From an uncultured cyanobacterium (lineage in GTDB: Bacteria > Cyanobacteriota > Cyanobacteriia > CAKZMO01): 64,000 nt of DNA. The stretch covers positions 32,001 through 96,000 of the forward strand of contig CAVRCJ010000013.1 in NCBI GenBank assembly GCA_963719515.1, written 5' to 3'. Below are positions 7,598-18,315 of the stretch, piece by piece (the stretch's first letter is position 1; every line of letters begins with the position of its first letter). The translations under genes and the position numbers were made by a program. Below the pieces are notes generated by a model. It saw only the letters and a program-made list of their open reading frames with translations. It had not been told where the DNA came from and did no database searches.

Positions 7598-9520
7598 ATG
7601 GTTACGACGCCAACTTCCGAAACAAAGCGCACTTCCCGTGTCGAAGGCATCAAAGAGCGCAGCAACGGTCTGCGTGAGCCCGTAGCCACGGAGCTTTTGC
7701 AAGACACGACTCACTTTACCGAGGATGCCATCCAGATCCTCAAGTTTCACGGCTCCTACCAGCAGGACAACCGCGACAACCGGGTCAAAGGCCAGGAAAA
7801 GGACTACCAGTTCATGCTGCGGACCCGCAACCCCGGCGGCTACCTGCCGGCGGCGCTGTACCTTGCCATTGATAAGCTTTCAGACGAGCTGGGCAACGGC
7901 ACCCTGCGGGTCACCACTCGTCAGGGTATCCAGATCCACGGCATTCTAAAGAAAGACCTGAAGGCGGCGATCGCCACCATCGTCACCAACATGGGATCGA
8001 CGCTCGGAGCCTGCGGCGATCTCAACCGCAACGTCATGTCTCCGCCGGTCCCCTTCACCGACAAGCCGGAATACGTCTACGCCCGCGAGTACGCCGACCG
8101 CGTCGCTGACCTACTGACGCCCCAGAGCGGTGCGTACTACGACGTGTGGCTGGACGGCGAGAAGGCAATCACCTCGGAGGAGCACCCCGACGTGGTGGCA
8201 GCGCGGATGCGCAACATCAACGGCAGCATTTTTGAGGGCCACGTAGAGCCGATCTACGGCACTCAGTACATGCCCCGCAAGTTCAAATGCAGCGTTACGG
8301 TGCCGGGAGATAACTCTATCGACCTGTACTCCCAGGATGTGTCCCTGGTGGTGATCACCAATGATAAGGGCGAGCTAGAGGGCTTCAACGTGCTGGCGGG
8401 CGGTGGCCTGGGCCGCACCCACAACAAAGAAGAGACCTTCGCCCGGCTAGCGGACCCCATTGGCTACGTCGATAAGGCCGACGTCTACGACCTGCTCAAG
8501 GCCATCGTCGCCACCCAGCGGGACTACGGCGATCGCTACAATCGCCGACTTTCCCGCATGAAGTACCTGATCAACGATTGGGGCGTGGAGCGTTTCGTTG
8601 AGCAGCTGAAGACCTACTTCGAGGGCGAGCTGCATCCCTTCAAGCCGCTGCCTGCCTTTGAATACCGGGACTACCTGGGCTGGGGTGAGCAGGGAGACGG
8701 CAAGCTGTATCTGGGGCTATCCATTGAAAATGGCCGCATCCAGGACACCGACACTCTGCAGCTAAAGACTGCCCTGCGGGAGGTGGCCCGGCAGTACGAA
8801 ATTCCCATGCGGCTGACGGCGAACCATAATATCGTCCTCTACGACATCAACCCCGAGTGGAAAAGCGACATTGATGCCCTAGTCAAAAACCACGGCATCA
8901 AGCGAGAGACGGAGATTGACCCGCTGGTGCGCTACTCCATGGCCTGCCCCGCCTTGCCCACCTGCGGCTTAGCGGTCACCGAGTCAGAGCGCATTCTGCC
9001 CACGATGCTGGGCCGTATGCGGAGTCTGCTCAACAGCCTTGGTCTGGAGGATCAGCATTTGGTGATTCGGATGACAGGCTGCCCCAACGGCTGCGCCCGC
9101 CCCTACCTAGGGGAGATTGGCTTTGTGGGCCAAGCGCCGGGGTCTTATCAGCTGTGGCTGGGGGCCGACGCTAACCAGAACCGGCTATCGGCACCGTTCA
9201 TGAACCGCATGCACGAGTCTGACCTGGAGAAGACTTTCGAGCCGCTGTTTGTGCTCTTCAAGCGCAAGCGCAACGAGGGGGAAGGCTTCGGTGACTTTTG
9301 CAATCGAATCGGCTTTGACGCGCTGCATGAGTTCACGGCTATCTACAAGATAGGCTCAAGCGTGACGGCTCCTAGCTCTAGAGCTAGCCGCACCAAGCAC
9401 CGCATTGGCGTTTCTGATGACCTGTATGAGCAGCTCAAAGTAATCTCTATAGAGCAGGGAAAGCCAATGACGGAGCTGGCCTCGGAGGCGATCGCGGCCT
9501 ATCTAAGCAGCCAGTCGTGA
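7598..9520 (+). CDS. sir: Ferredoxin-dependent sulfite reductase
   Basis: [33 protein letters not shown] siroheme/FeS ligands. Confidence 0.95.
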   Translation: MVTTPTSETKRTSRVEGIKERSNGLREPVATELLQDTTHFTEDAIQILKFHGSYQQDNRDNRVKGQEKDYQFMLRTRNPGGYLPAALYLAIDKLSDELGNGTLRVTTRQGIQIHGILKKDLKAAIATIVTNMGSTLGACGDLNRNVMSPPVPFTDKPEYVYAREYADRVADLLTPQSGAYYDVWLDGEKAITSEEHPDVVAARMRNINGSIFEGHVEPIYGTQYMPRKFKCSVTVPGDNSIDLYSQDVSLVVITNDKGELEGFNVLAGGGLGRTHNKEETFARLADPIGYVDKADVYDLLKAIVATQRDYGDRYNRRLSRMKYLINDWGVERFVEQLKTYFEGELHPFKPLPAFEYRDYLGWGEQGDGKLYLGLSIENGRIQDTDTLQLKTALREVARQYEIPMRLTANHNIVLYDINPEWKSDIDALVKNHGIKRETEIDPLVRYSMACPALPTCGLAVTESERILPTMLGRMRSLLNSLGLEDQHLVIRMTGCPNGCARPYLGEIGFVGQAPGSYQLWLGADANQNRLSAPFMNRMHESDLEKTFEPLFVLFKRKRNEGEGFGDFCNRIGFDALHEFTAIYKIGSSVTAPSSRASRTKHRIGVSDDLYEQLKVISIEQGKPMTELASEAIAAYLSSQS

Positions 9521-9526
9521 CCTCGT

Positions 9527-9552
9527 CGCGGTGCGTTATCTGACGCACCGCG
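9527..9552 (+). terminator. GC-rich hairpin after sir
   Basis: cgcggtgcgt-tatctg-acgcaccgcg perfect 10-bp stem. Confidence 0.6.
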
Positions 9553-9693
9553 CGTTTCATTCACGTGATGCGATCGCTTGTGTATTGATTGTGCGTCCTC
9601 TGGATAATACTTTTGCACTGCGCGATCGCTAGAATGTGTCGCATCGCTAGCGGTTGACCTAAGAGACCAAGCTTATCCAAGAAGCATGGATGG

Positions 9694-10095
9694 ATGGGAC
9701 GATTTGAAATCTACATAGACGGAGATGTCGCTGGTTCATACCTTAAGCAAGGTAGTGCAGCTAGAGATAAGGACCACACTGTTGCATCCATAGGCGTCAA
9801 TGTTGTGAGGGATGTCAGTACTCCCACTGTCATGCAGCTCATCAATCGCTTCCAAATGGTGGAAGGCATGACGGACGCTGATAAAGACAATTCTGGCAAA
9901 TCTCATCCTCATATTCTCTTCAAGAATGGGATGGCGATCCGCACTTGGAAGAATATGTTGGGAGTCGAGCACGTCTTCATTACTGATCGCTCTGGAACGT
10001 GTGTGTACGGCGGCTACGTGGGATGGCTGCACTCAAAACAGTTGCAAGACGCCCTTCAGTCTAGGCGTGACGACTTGAAAGAGTATATTGCTTGA
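9694..10095 (+). CDS. Hypothetical protein
   Basis: 133-aa ORF with plausible composition; family not recognised. Confidence 0.6.
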   Translation: MGRFEIYIDGDVAGSYLKQGSAARDKDHTVASIGVNVVRDVSTPTVMQLINRFQMVEGMTDADKDNSGKSHPHILFKNGMAIRTWKNMLGVEHVFITDRSGTCVYGGYVGWLHSKQLQDALQSRRDDLKEYIA

Positions 10096-10582
10096 GCCAG
10101 CTAGACAGCGCTCATTCTACTGTGAGAGCGCTGTTGCCGGTTGATGCTGCGTTTTGCCCTTTCACCTGCTGAGCTATGTCACGACTATATATGTCACGAC
10201 TATAAGTAACACCGACTAACGACAGAGCGATCTAATCCGTAGCAGGGTTTGGGGCGCTGCGAACTGTGCCGCCTCAGGGGGCAGCGAGTGATATTGAGTT
10301 GTCATGAGGGACTCCTTTTATCGGTTGATTTGGAGTCCTCCACCGACCGGCCATCCGCGACGTTTGCTGGGGTGAATAATGACGGCCATAACACAACTTC
10401 AGCTGAGGTAGAAGGCATGACTCAGCGAGTAAACAATGTAGTCTTCGGAAGATCTGATTGGTCAACAACGGAAATACGGTGCTTATAGGTAAATCAAGTA
10501 GCGTTGTAAATACCGTTCATACCTAACGGCTGCAATAGAACATAGCCATCAGCTAACTTATTTTTTGGCCACGCCTTTCGCC

Positions 10583-11752
10583 TCAAACAGTGTCAAACTG
10601 CTGCCTCAGCTTCTGACAGTCTACTTTGCATTCTCGCAGAACGCGCATGGCCATACCACCACCCGTCTCGCCTTCTTGCAAAATGCCGAGCAGCAGATGC
10701 TGTGGGGTCATCCGTCTGTGGTCTTGCTGTTTTGCCTGTTTATTAGCGAGCTCCAGTACCCGGTATGCACGGGGCGTAAAAGGAATTTCTGCGGGAATAT
10801 CCTCAGCGGTGACGATGCATTGAGCCAACCAGTTGCGGAATAGGTCTTGTGCAATAGCAAAGTCTACGCCTTGGTCTTTTAGCGCCTGTGCCGCCGGGGT
10901 TGTTTCGATAGATAACAGTCCTAAAAGTAATCCTTCTGTGCCAAACCAATTGAGGTACAGCTCCCGCATGCTTTTCTGGCCTTGAACCAGCGCTTCACGC
11001 GTTTCGGGGGCCAGGTCATCCAATGAAAGTCCGATCATCTCTTCCCGTACTGACAGTAGCGCCACCGCCTTGAGAATATATTCCAGCGTGGGGGCATTCA
11101 ATGTGCCCCAGCTAGCGGCTTCAGCGCCCTCCTGCTGATAAATTCTGATGAGGGCTTCATAGAGTTGCAGGTCACCACTGACAAATGACAGGATACTGGC
11201 ACGCCACTGCCGTGCCATTTCCTGCACCTTTGGATCATTGAAATCATGACCATAGGTGATGTGCGATCGCGCCTGTTCTAGTAACTGTAGCCACTCGGCC
11301 TGCCCCTGATTCAATCGGGATTCGAGCAAATCGTTTTGTTCTTGGGTCAAATATTGCTGAGTCATTGTGAGGTTCTCCATTATCTGCATGAGGTCGTCAA
11401 CCGCAATGGGTTGGGAAGTTTGGAGTTGTTGGGCCAGAGTGCTGAGCTTAGTAAAGAGCGACTGCGACACGGCCATCTGCTCTTGGAGTTGCGCCAAATG
11501 TAGACTGATGACGCTCGGCAGAGAGAATTCGGGATTCTCCAAACACTGACGAATTTCCTTGAGGGCAAAGCCCAACTGTCGCAACGACAGAATTTGCTGG
11601 AGTCGTGCAATGTCTGCTCCGCTATACAGTCGATACTCCGCCTCAGTGCGGTGCGAGGGCACCAGCAAACCAATCTCGTGGTAGTACCGCAAGGTCCGAA
11701 TAGATAGTCCAGTCCGTTCTGCCAACTCCCCGATCTGCAACAGCTTTGGCAT
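10583..11752 (-). CDS. MerR/TipA-like regulator fused to a C-terminal Clp N-terminal (repeat) domain
   Basis: IGELAERTGLSIRTLRYYHEIGLL HTH; TipAS-like middle; GTEGLLLGLL..PFTPRAYRVLELA..TPQHLLLGIL Clp_N repeats. Confidence 0.85.
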   Translation of the reverse strand: MPKLLQIGELAERTGLSIRTLRYYHEIGLLVPSHRTEAEYRLYSGADIARLQQILSLRQLGFALKEIRQCLENPEFSLPSVISLHLAQLQEQMAVSQSLFTKLSTLAQQLQTSQPIAVDDLMQIMENLTMTQQYLTQEQNDLLESRLNQGQAEWLQLLEQARSHITYGHDFNDPKVQEMARQWRASILSFVSGDLQLYEALIRIYQQEGAEAASWGTLNAPTLEYILKAVALLSVREEMIGLSLDDLAPETREALVQGQKSMRELYLNWFGTEGLLLGLLSIETTPAAQALKDQGVDFAIAQDLFRNWLAQCIVTAEDIPAEIPFTPRAYRVLELANKQAKQQDHRRMTPQHLLLGILQEGETGGGMAMRVLRECKVDCQKLRQQFDTV

Positions 11753-11799
11753 AGGTTGCTTCAACTCCGATTTCCCAGAAGATTGCCGTCGATGACTGA

Positions 11800-11830
11800 A
11801 TACTAAAGGATGACGTAACGTGAGACTCAA
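11800..11830 (-). promoter_or_regulatory. MerR-type promoter/operator with 19-bp spacer
   Basis: TTGAGT-19 nt-TAGTAT with imperfect dyad CTCACGTTACGTCAT in the spacer, resembling the tipA operator. Confidence 0.8.
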
Positions 11831-12090
11831 GGGGAAATTAGAGGATTTAGATGCGGCGAGTCGGCTAACACTGCGCTGGTACGGACGGCCTCAAGACTTT
11901 GATTTACGAAGCTAAGCCTACTGACCGCCGCACAACTTCACCGTCAGTAGATCTCAAAGAAGCAAGTTATGGAGATAGCAAAAAATATTACCCTAGCGAT
12001 CGCCACCTTGATACGGATTTCTAGATATTCAGGATAGGGGCCGCTATCGAAGAATAGAGTATGGCTACTTTACCTTGATGCAGATAGGGC

Positions 12091-12480
12091 TTGGACCAGA
12101 CAAGCGTGCGGATAACACAGCTGAGCCTGCCAAAAATAGCCTCGATCGCGGTCGCTCTCACTTTCTCAGCCGGGTTTGTGACCCTGGCGCAGGCCAACTG
12201 CAGTGACCCCGCAAGCAGCCCAGAGTGGCACGAGCCTATGGTCACTGTTCCGATTGCCCCGGCCGCCGAGCGCTCAGTTCGGCTAGGCTTTTGGAACTCA
12301 GTCGGCTATGAGCAAAGTGACTGGTGGATCGCTTGGGTTCCCGAACAGGGCTACTTTGAGATTAACCCGGAGAAGTATGAGGCCGCTCGCCCAGAGCGAT
12401 ACTGGCAAGTCGCTGATCGCAGCTACCCCGACGTTGTGGTGAGGGAAGACGGCACCCAACTGGCGGAAAAGCACTTCTGA
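12091..12480 (+). CDS. Hypothetical secreted protein
   Basis: Signal-peptide-like N-terminus, Trp-rich mature region. Confidence 0.55.
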   Translation: MDQTSVRITQLSLPKIASIAVALTFSAGFVTLAQANCSDPASSPEWHEPMVTVPIAPAAERSVRLGFWNSVGYEQSDWWIAWVPEQGYFEINPEKYEAARPERYWQVADRSYPDVVVREDGTQLAEKHF

Positions 12481-12579
12481 GTCAGGAACATGCCGCTGAG
12501 GTCGCGACCTCGCTAGCGCAAACAGTGATAGCGCTTCGGGAGGGAGCTGACCTACGGCTTCGGCTGTGCCGTAAGACCA

Positions 12580-13050
12580 TCACTGAGATACAGCTGGGCT
12601 CACCTGGGCTTGCTCACAAGCAAAGCTTAAAACGGCTGCTGCGCTACTGCCCGGCTGAGGTTGCGCTAACTGACCGGCATCCCCGTAATTAATACGCTCA
12701 ATTACCTGCCGCTCCTCATTGCGAACAATAACTTGCCTGAGCCGAGAAATCCCGCTAGCGCAGTCAGCAGAACGATACAGGGTTGCACTATGTACCGGCT
12801 GCTCCAATTCATCCTCGACTATGGCATTGTTTGGCTGAGGAAAATCGCGGTGTTCCCAATACCACACAGTGCCATCTCTAAGCTCAATAGAATTACGCTC
12901 TATCATGAAGCGATCGCCCGCCGTATTGTACGTTACCTCTACCCAATCTTCTTCAGCAGATTGAGCCAGTGCAATAGGCGTGCTGATAACAGGAACAATC
13001 GCGGCCAAACCAACAAGCCAAGTTTTCATAAGTCGAGTTTTCACAAGCAA
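12580..13050 (-). CDS. Secreted protein, surface-adhesin E-like
   Basis: Signal peptide; WV...F.I...SI...VWYW...YRSADC...FAC pattern. Confidence 0.6.
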   Translation of the reverse strand: MLVKTRLMKTWLVGLAAIVPVISTPIALAQSAEEDWVEVTYNTAGDRFMIERNSIELRDGTVWYWEHRDFPQPNNAIVEDELEQPVHSATLYRSADCASGISRLRQVIVRNEERQVIERINYGDAGQLAQPQPGSSAAAVLSFACEQAQVSPAVSQ

Positions 13051-13134
13051 AATATAGCGGTATTTACGTCAGTTAAGTCCGCGCAGTCCCAAGAATCAGG
13101 GGTCACTTGCGGAAGCTGAGAAGACAAGCTGAGA

Positions 13135-13881
13135 TTAGGGCTCAGAGGTCTCTTCAGATGTGTCCGTACGATACTGCTCAACGTTTTGAATGGCTTGCTG
13201 AGCGTAGGTGTTGTTGGGGCGTTCATCCAATGCCCGCTGAAAAAAAAGCAGCGCGGTCTCATAGTCGCGCTGATCTGTTGCCTCGTACCCCGCCACCATG
13301 TAGCGATCGAACTCCGATGACTGAGAGGCCTCGGTCGCAGGTGCAGAAGGCTGGGGCGCAGTCGCAGTCGCCCCTTGCTGGTCTTCATAGGCGCTCACGA
13401 CCGTCTGAATATAGTCTGCAATTTCAGGACTGTTGTACTGGGACGCGTCACCCCGCATCCACCAGGCAGCAGAGCGACGCACCGCTAATAGTTCGTCGTT
13501 ATTGCTAGCGCTATACTCGTCCTGCATGACGTCCTGCATCACACAGGTCACAACCGAACGAGCCGCGTCTGGGTCGGCCTCAAACTCTGTTGGCGAGAGA
13601 TCTCTACCGATGCACGAGCTAGACCAGCGAGGGATGTTTCCCGGCATAACCTGCCAAGCACTATAGAGTCCGTCGTCCGCACGCCCCGTCTGAGGGGCAG
13701 CCCTGCGCAGCGCTTCAACCAGTGCTGCAACTTGGCTCTCTGAAACTTGCGCCTGAGCTGGTAGCGTTACGGCTGTCAGGAGAGCGCCAACGCTGATGAT
13801 TAGTTTGACGATAGATCCTCGCATGGCCGTCATCCATCCCAACTCGATTGAGAGTTCTGTAAGTAACTGGGCAATGCTCAC
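13135..13881 (-). CDS. Secreted hypothetical protein with C-terminal TPR (start probably near 13824)
   Basis: Signal peptide; YMVAGYEATDQRDYETALLFFQRALDERPNN TPR-like helix pair. Confidence 0.7.
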   Translation of the reverse strand: MSIAQLLTELSIELGWMTAMRGSIVKLIISVGALLTAVTLPAQAQVSESQVAALVEALRRAAPQTGRADDGLYSAWQVMPGNIPRWSSSCIGRDLSPTEFEADPDAARSVVTCVMQDVMQDEYSASNNDELLAVRRSAAWWMRGDASQYNSPEIADYIQTVVSAYEDQQGATATAPQPSAPATEASQSSEFDRYMVAGYEATDQRDYETALLFFQRALDERPNNTYAQQAIQNVEQYRTDTSEETSEP

Positions 13882-14110
13882 TATGATACATAGGAAATCC
13901 TAACTTTGACTTTAGGGGCGTGCTAGCACACTGAATCACGCCTCTAAAGCGCTTAGAGGGCAGGGGGGGCGCTTAAAATGCGGGACGATGAATGCAGATT
14001 TATTATCAGCTAGAAGCGATGATAAGTTGAGGGCTGCGAGCAAATGTCACCCTTGCAGGGAGTTTAAATGGTTGATAATCGGTTAGTTTTTTACCTAAAA
14101 GAGGAACCGG

Positions 14111-14350
14111 TTGGCCTATTTGATAGGACAAGCCTACCCAGCACAATCGGGCCGCTTTGAGTATTCCCCCTATCGCGGGACCGGACATGCACGTTTGGTC
14201 GAGATTCTTAACCGAAATGAAGTTGCTGAATGTTGGTTTGTTCAGCAAGGAAAACCTGTACGATTCGAAGTTTCTCAAGAAGATTTCACTCAGGGGCAGT
14301 CTGATTCAGGGTGCCCCTGGTATATTCACGTATCGCAGCTGAAATGTTGA
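14111..14350 (+). CDS. Small hypothetical protein, possibly frameshifted at the 5' end
   Basis: 79-aa ORF with TTG start; an upstream ATG at about 14088 lies in another frame. Confidence 0.35.
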   Translation: MAYLIGQAYPAQSGRFEYSPYRGTGHARLVEILNRNEVAECWFVQQGKPVRFEVSQEDFTQGQSDSGCPWYIHVSQLKC

Positions 14351-14499
14351 AAAGATTTTGCAATAGGTGGACCGGAACGTTCTGCGGCCTATCAATAGGT
14401 TTTAGGTGAGGGAGGAGGCGATCGCTTCCCGAAAAAACGGCGAAGGAAAGCGCCAAATTTGAAAATCTTTGAGTGGAAGAGCAATTTGCTAATGCTGAA

Positions 14500-14891
14500 G
14501 GGTTGTTTTACCGTCCGATTTCGCGGTTGCAGAAGCCTTCGTCTGACCGCAAAGACTGCTCCAAGATTCCCCCGCTCCCCAACTCGATCGACACTCGCGC
14601 CGTCTCGGAAGCGTTTTGGGCGGGCCGCCCGATGCGGCCCCAGCCCTCTCCCGGCAGGCGTCTGCGATTAACTACATTAAACCGGGTTTGCCGCCAGCAC
14701 CGCTGGTGTATGCCGGACGTGACCATGTGGTAGAGGCTAGGTATGGTCGTCATCTCTACGAGCAGCTTGAAGCCGCTGGCAATCAGGCTGTTTTCCTTAA
14801 AATTCCTTGGGCTGACCATGCTTTTGATGCGGTGTTCAACGGCGTTAGTGATCAGCTGGCGCTGTACTATACGGAGCGCTTTCTTGCCTAG
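14500..14891 (+). pseudogene. C-terminal fragment of an alpha/beta hydrolase (esterase/lipase)
   Basis: PLVYAGRDHVV and IPWADHAFD carry the catalytic Asp/His; no GxSxG N-terminal half; frameshift near 14615. Confidence 0.75.
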
Positions 14892-15089
14892 GCGCTGAAG
14901 TCGGCCTAAACTACTACATTGGTACTGTTGCCGGGGGGGCCGCGGTGATGAGATGCTCAACTGCCAGATAACGCCGCTATGTAGAACATCTGACAAAAGT
15001 GACGGATAACAAACACCCTTAGATCCTTAGTTAGCTGGCATGGGCGAAAGCCCTGAAAGCAAAAGCGAAGCAACACACTGAGGAAAACA

Positions 15090-15508
15090 ATGACTGATAC
15101 TGATATTGACACGGCTTGTCAGCTGCTTAAAAAATTGACTACCGACCGATGAATAGGCTAAACCGTCCAGCGAATGCTGAAGTTCAGGCCGCACTAAAAG
15201 CTGTGGCCCAGAAGTCAGAATTTCAGATTTTTGGCGTTTGTGCAGGCAGTCTAGGCGAAGGCGTGGCTGCCCTGGAGGGCTATACTCAGGCGCTTGGATA
15301 TGAGCTCCCCCAGGATTTGACGTTCGGTGCCGTGGAAGGGGCAGCCTACATCAAGTTCAATCCTAAATCGGGCTTGCTATACGCTGACAGTTACTCAGGA
15401 GACCATTACTCAGGAGAGCACAGAGGGGTCTTGGTATTGTGTCAATCGGTCCATGACGATGGACCGATTGAAATGTATGGTCATCTACCGCTGGATTTGT
15501 TCTCTTGA
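15090..15508 (+). CDS. DUF1824-family protein with apparent 5' frameshift
   Basis: FGVCA..G..AL..Y..ALG, YIKFN, Y.G.HRGVLV.CQS, YGHLPLDLF; an SD-preceded ATG at 15090 is out of frame with the 15149 ORF. Confidence 0.7.
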
Positions 15509-15655
15509 TCGCTGCCGCTGCCTCTTGCGAAATTTGGACTTCTATTGGCGAGGGTTGGAAGGTCGATCTGCTAGTGATTGCCAAATTGATACCGATCCCA
15601 ATCACTCCCGACGGCCAGACAACTACACTACCGACATGAGAATTAGAGACTGGTT

Positions 15656-16138
15656 ATGGTAAACGAAATAGAGTTCCAGTATTTACGCCGTTGCGTAGAG
15701 CTTGCAGCAGAAGCCCTGAAGGCGGGCGATGAGCCGTTCGGCTCTGTGCTCGTCGCCGCGGACGGGACTGTCCTCATGGAAGACCACAACCGGGTGTCGT
15801 CCGGTGATCAGACTCGCCATCCTGAGTTCGAGATCGCGCGCTGGGCTGCAGCAAATATGAGTTCGGAGGAGAGAGCAGGCGCAACCGTTTACACCTCCGG
15901 TGAACATTGCCCAATGTGTGCTGCAGCGCATGGGTGGGTTAGGCTAGGCCGCATCGTGTATGTGAGCTCCTCCAAGCAATTGTCAGCCTGGCTAGCCGAT
16001 CTCGGAGTTCCAGCCCCGCCTGTACAAACGCTGCCCATTCGAGAAGTGGTGCCTGATCTGTTGGTGGAGGGTCCCATCCCCGGTCTTGCCGAGCAGGTAC
16101 ACGACCTACATCGTCGTTTCCACAGCCCAGCCAAATAG
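15656..16138 (+). CDS. Nucleoside/cytidine-type deaminase
   Basis: PFGSVLV, HPE, EHCPMC Zn motif. Confidence 0.9.
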   Translation: MVNEIEFQYLRRCVELAAEALKAGDEPFGSVLVAADGTVLMEDHNRVSSGDQTRHPEFEIARWAAANMSSEERAGATVYTSGEHCPMCAAAHGWVRLGRIVYVSSSKQLSAWLADLGVPAPPVQTLPIREVVPDLLVEGPIPGLAEQVHDLHRRFHSPAK

Positions 16139-16264
16139 CGATCGCGGTATCGTCGCAATGCAAAAGAGCGATGAGCCGCCTAACAGCTCGCTGCATTGGA
16201 CCTCGCCTGTGCGCTGCTTCGACATGCCAGTGAGCTCAATATCTATTGCGAGAGAGAATTTTTG

Positions 16265-17494
16265 ATGCAATTAGATTCAAGATTTATAAGACGCCAATTT
16301 CCTGCCTTTGAAGAGCCGTCACTAAAGGAGTGCGCCTTTTTTGAAAATGCAGGAGGCTCCTATACCTGCAGGCAGGTGATTTCTCGCCTGAATGACTACT
16401 ACACAAAGACCAAGGTTCAGCCCTACTACAACTACCCGACATCGCAAAAAGCGGGTGCGGCAATGGATGAGGCCTACAGTCGCCTGGCGGCGTATCTCAA
16501 CGTCGGTGAAGACGAAATTCACTTTGGTCCATCGACTACCCAGAACTTCTACGTTTTGGCCCAGGCCTTCCGGGAGCTGTGGCAAGATGGCGATGAAATC
16601 ATCCTGTCCAACCAAGACCATGAGGCCAACGCTGGATTTTGGAGACGCCTTGAGCAAACGGGCATCGTAGTCAAGGAATGGCGCGTTGACCCTCAGTCAG
16701 GGCGGTTGAATCCGGATGACTTGGACACTCTGCTGTCCAGTAAGACCAAGCTGCTGGCATTCCCCCACTGCTCCAACGTTATTGGCCATATCAACCCGGT
16801 GGCTGAAATCGCGGCAAAGGCAAAGGCTGCTGGTGCCTATGTCGTTGTGGATGGGGTAGCCTATGCGCCCCATGGGCTGCCGGATATTGAAGCGCTAGGG
16901 GCGGATATCTATTTGTTTTCCCTTTATAAGACCTGGGGAACGCATCTTGGCATGATGACAATCAAGAAAGAGGTTATGGATGAGCTGCCCAACCAGGGCC
17001 ACTTCTTCCATGAAAATAATGCTCGGAAAAAGATGGTTCCAGCTGGCCCGGACCACGCCCAAATCGCTGCTGCTGCCGGCGTAGCCGAGTATCTTGATGC
17101 CGTCTATGAGCATCACTACGCTGAAGCGGTGGATCAGGCGGAAAAGGGACGGCGTGTTAAAAAGCTATTCCAAAAGCACGAGAGAGGGCTGCTGACACAG
17201 CTGCTGGACTGGCTGCGATCGCGCGATGATGTTCGTATTGTTGGCCCCGATGATCCAGAGTCGCGAGTATCAACCGTGTCCGTCATACCCAAAGCAAAAC
17301 CAGTTGATGAGGTCTTTGCGGCACTGACGGCAAAGAAGCTGATGATAGGGCAGGGAAATTTCTACGGCGTTCGCCCGCTGAAGGGAATGAATATTCCCCT
17401 GGATACGGGGGTTATACGGTTTTCGTTCCTCCACTACACAACCGAGGCTGAAATCGACCAGCTGATTGACGGGCTTTCTACGGCCCTTCGCTAA
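16265..17494 (+). CDS. Class V PLP aminotransferase / cysteine desulfurase-like protein
   Basis: FFENAGGS, DHEAN, VDGVAYAPH, FSLYKTWG (PLP Lys). Confidence 0.88.
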   Translation: MQLDSRFIRRQFPAFEEPSLKECAFFENAGGSYTCRQVISRLNDYYTKTKVQPYYNYPTSQKAGAAMDEAYSRLAAYLNVGEDEIHFGPSTTQNFYVLAQAFRELWQDGDEIILSNQDHEANAGFWRRLEQTGIVVKEWRVDPQSGRLNPDDLDTLLSSKTKLLAFPHCSNVIGHINPVAEIAAKAKAAGAYVVVDGVAYAPHGLPDIEALGADIYLFSLYKTWGTHLGMMTIKKEVMDELPNQGHFFHENNARKKMVPAGPDHAQIAAAAGVAEYLDAVYEHHYAEAVDQAEKGRRVKKLFQKHERGLLTQLLDWLRSRDDVRIVGPDDPESRVSTVSVIPKAKPVDEVFAALTAKKLMIGQGNFYGVRPLKGMNIPLDTGVIRFSFLHYTTEAEIDQLIDGLSTALR

Positions 17495-17649
17495 GGGGGC
17501 TTCCTAGACTTTGACTCAAAGCGTGGGTTCGAGGGTGGTTGGGCGATCGCCTCTTCCACGGTCAGGTGCCGCTGGCCAAATTTGCGTCCGGTAATGCTAA
17601 GGACCTTCGCCAGCGGCATCTGCTAGGGGGGGACTAAGACGCGGAGAGA

Positions 17650-17934
17650 CTATCCCATAGGCACGTCTAACGAACGCTGTCGCACGAGGTAGCTCAGGAC
17701 TTGCCCTTCCTTTTGGGTAATCCTAACGCCGCCCTCGCCGATGTCGATCAGCTGGGTCCAAAGGCTCTGTTCGACGTAGCGCTTGTTGTGCAGCAGATGG
17801 ATGGTCTCGCGGACGCCTGCGGGGGAGCCGATGATGATGTGGCGGATGATTTCGCCATTGGGTCCAGGATCGGGGGTAGTCAGCACGGTGGGTGCGGCCT
17901 CGGTGGGAGGCAGCTCAGGGTATAGAAATGTCAT
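17650..17934 (-). CDS. Small cyanobacterial hypothetical protein with structured leader
   Basis: RHIIIGSP..VRETIHLLH..Y motif; GGAG SD before the ATG. Confidence 0.7.
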   Translation of the reverse strand: MTFLYPELPPTEAAPTVLTTPDPGPNGEIIRHIIIGSPAGVRETIHLLHNKRYVEQSLWTQLIDIGEGGVRITQKEGQVLSYLVRQRSLDVPMG

Positions 17935-18315
17935 GGTTTTTCTCCATTAAGTGGCAAAAAACCAAAAACTTGGCCATCCCGGACTATGGCGTGTCTAGGA
18001 TGGCCTTTTGCCAGTGAAATACAATGACAAAAGTCCAAGACAGGATACGTCTGTCGCGGGCTAGGGCGCGATCGCCACCGAGAATGGCGATCGCGTCCGC
18101 TGTTGACCAAATTTTTGGGGAGTAGAGCGCTACAGCGAACGGCTCTAGATGGAGAGAATAGCGCATTGAGGGGTAGTACGCAAGCCCTCAATTGAAGCGC
18201 TGGAGTTCTTACTGCAGCGTTCAGGGTTTGGAGCATGGACGTTCAGGGTTATTCGGTATCGAGCCCACAGCGCTATAGTTTGGGTGGTTGCTCCCCAGCT
18301 AACTCAGGAGGGTCT

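Noticed and set aside
10200..10490. Small ORFs downstream of the MerR gene
   Set aside because: No recognisable protein features; one SD-like sequence is not enough support
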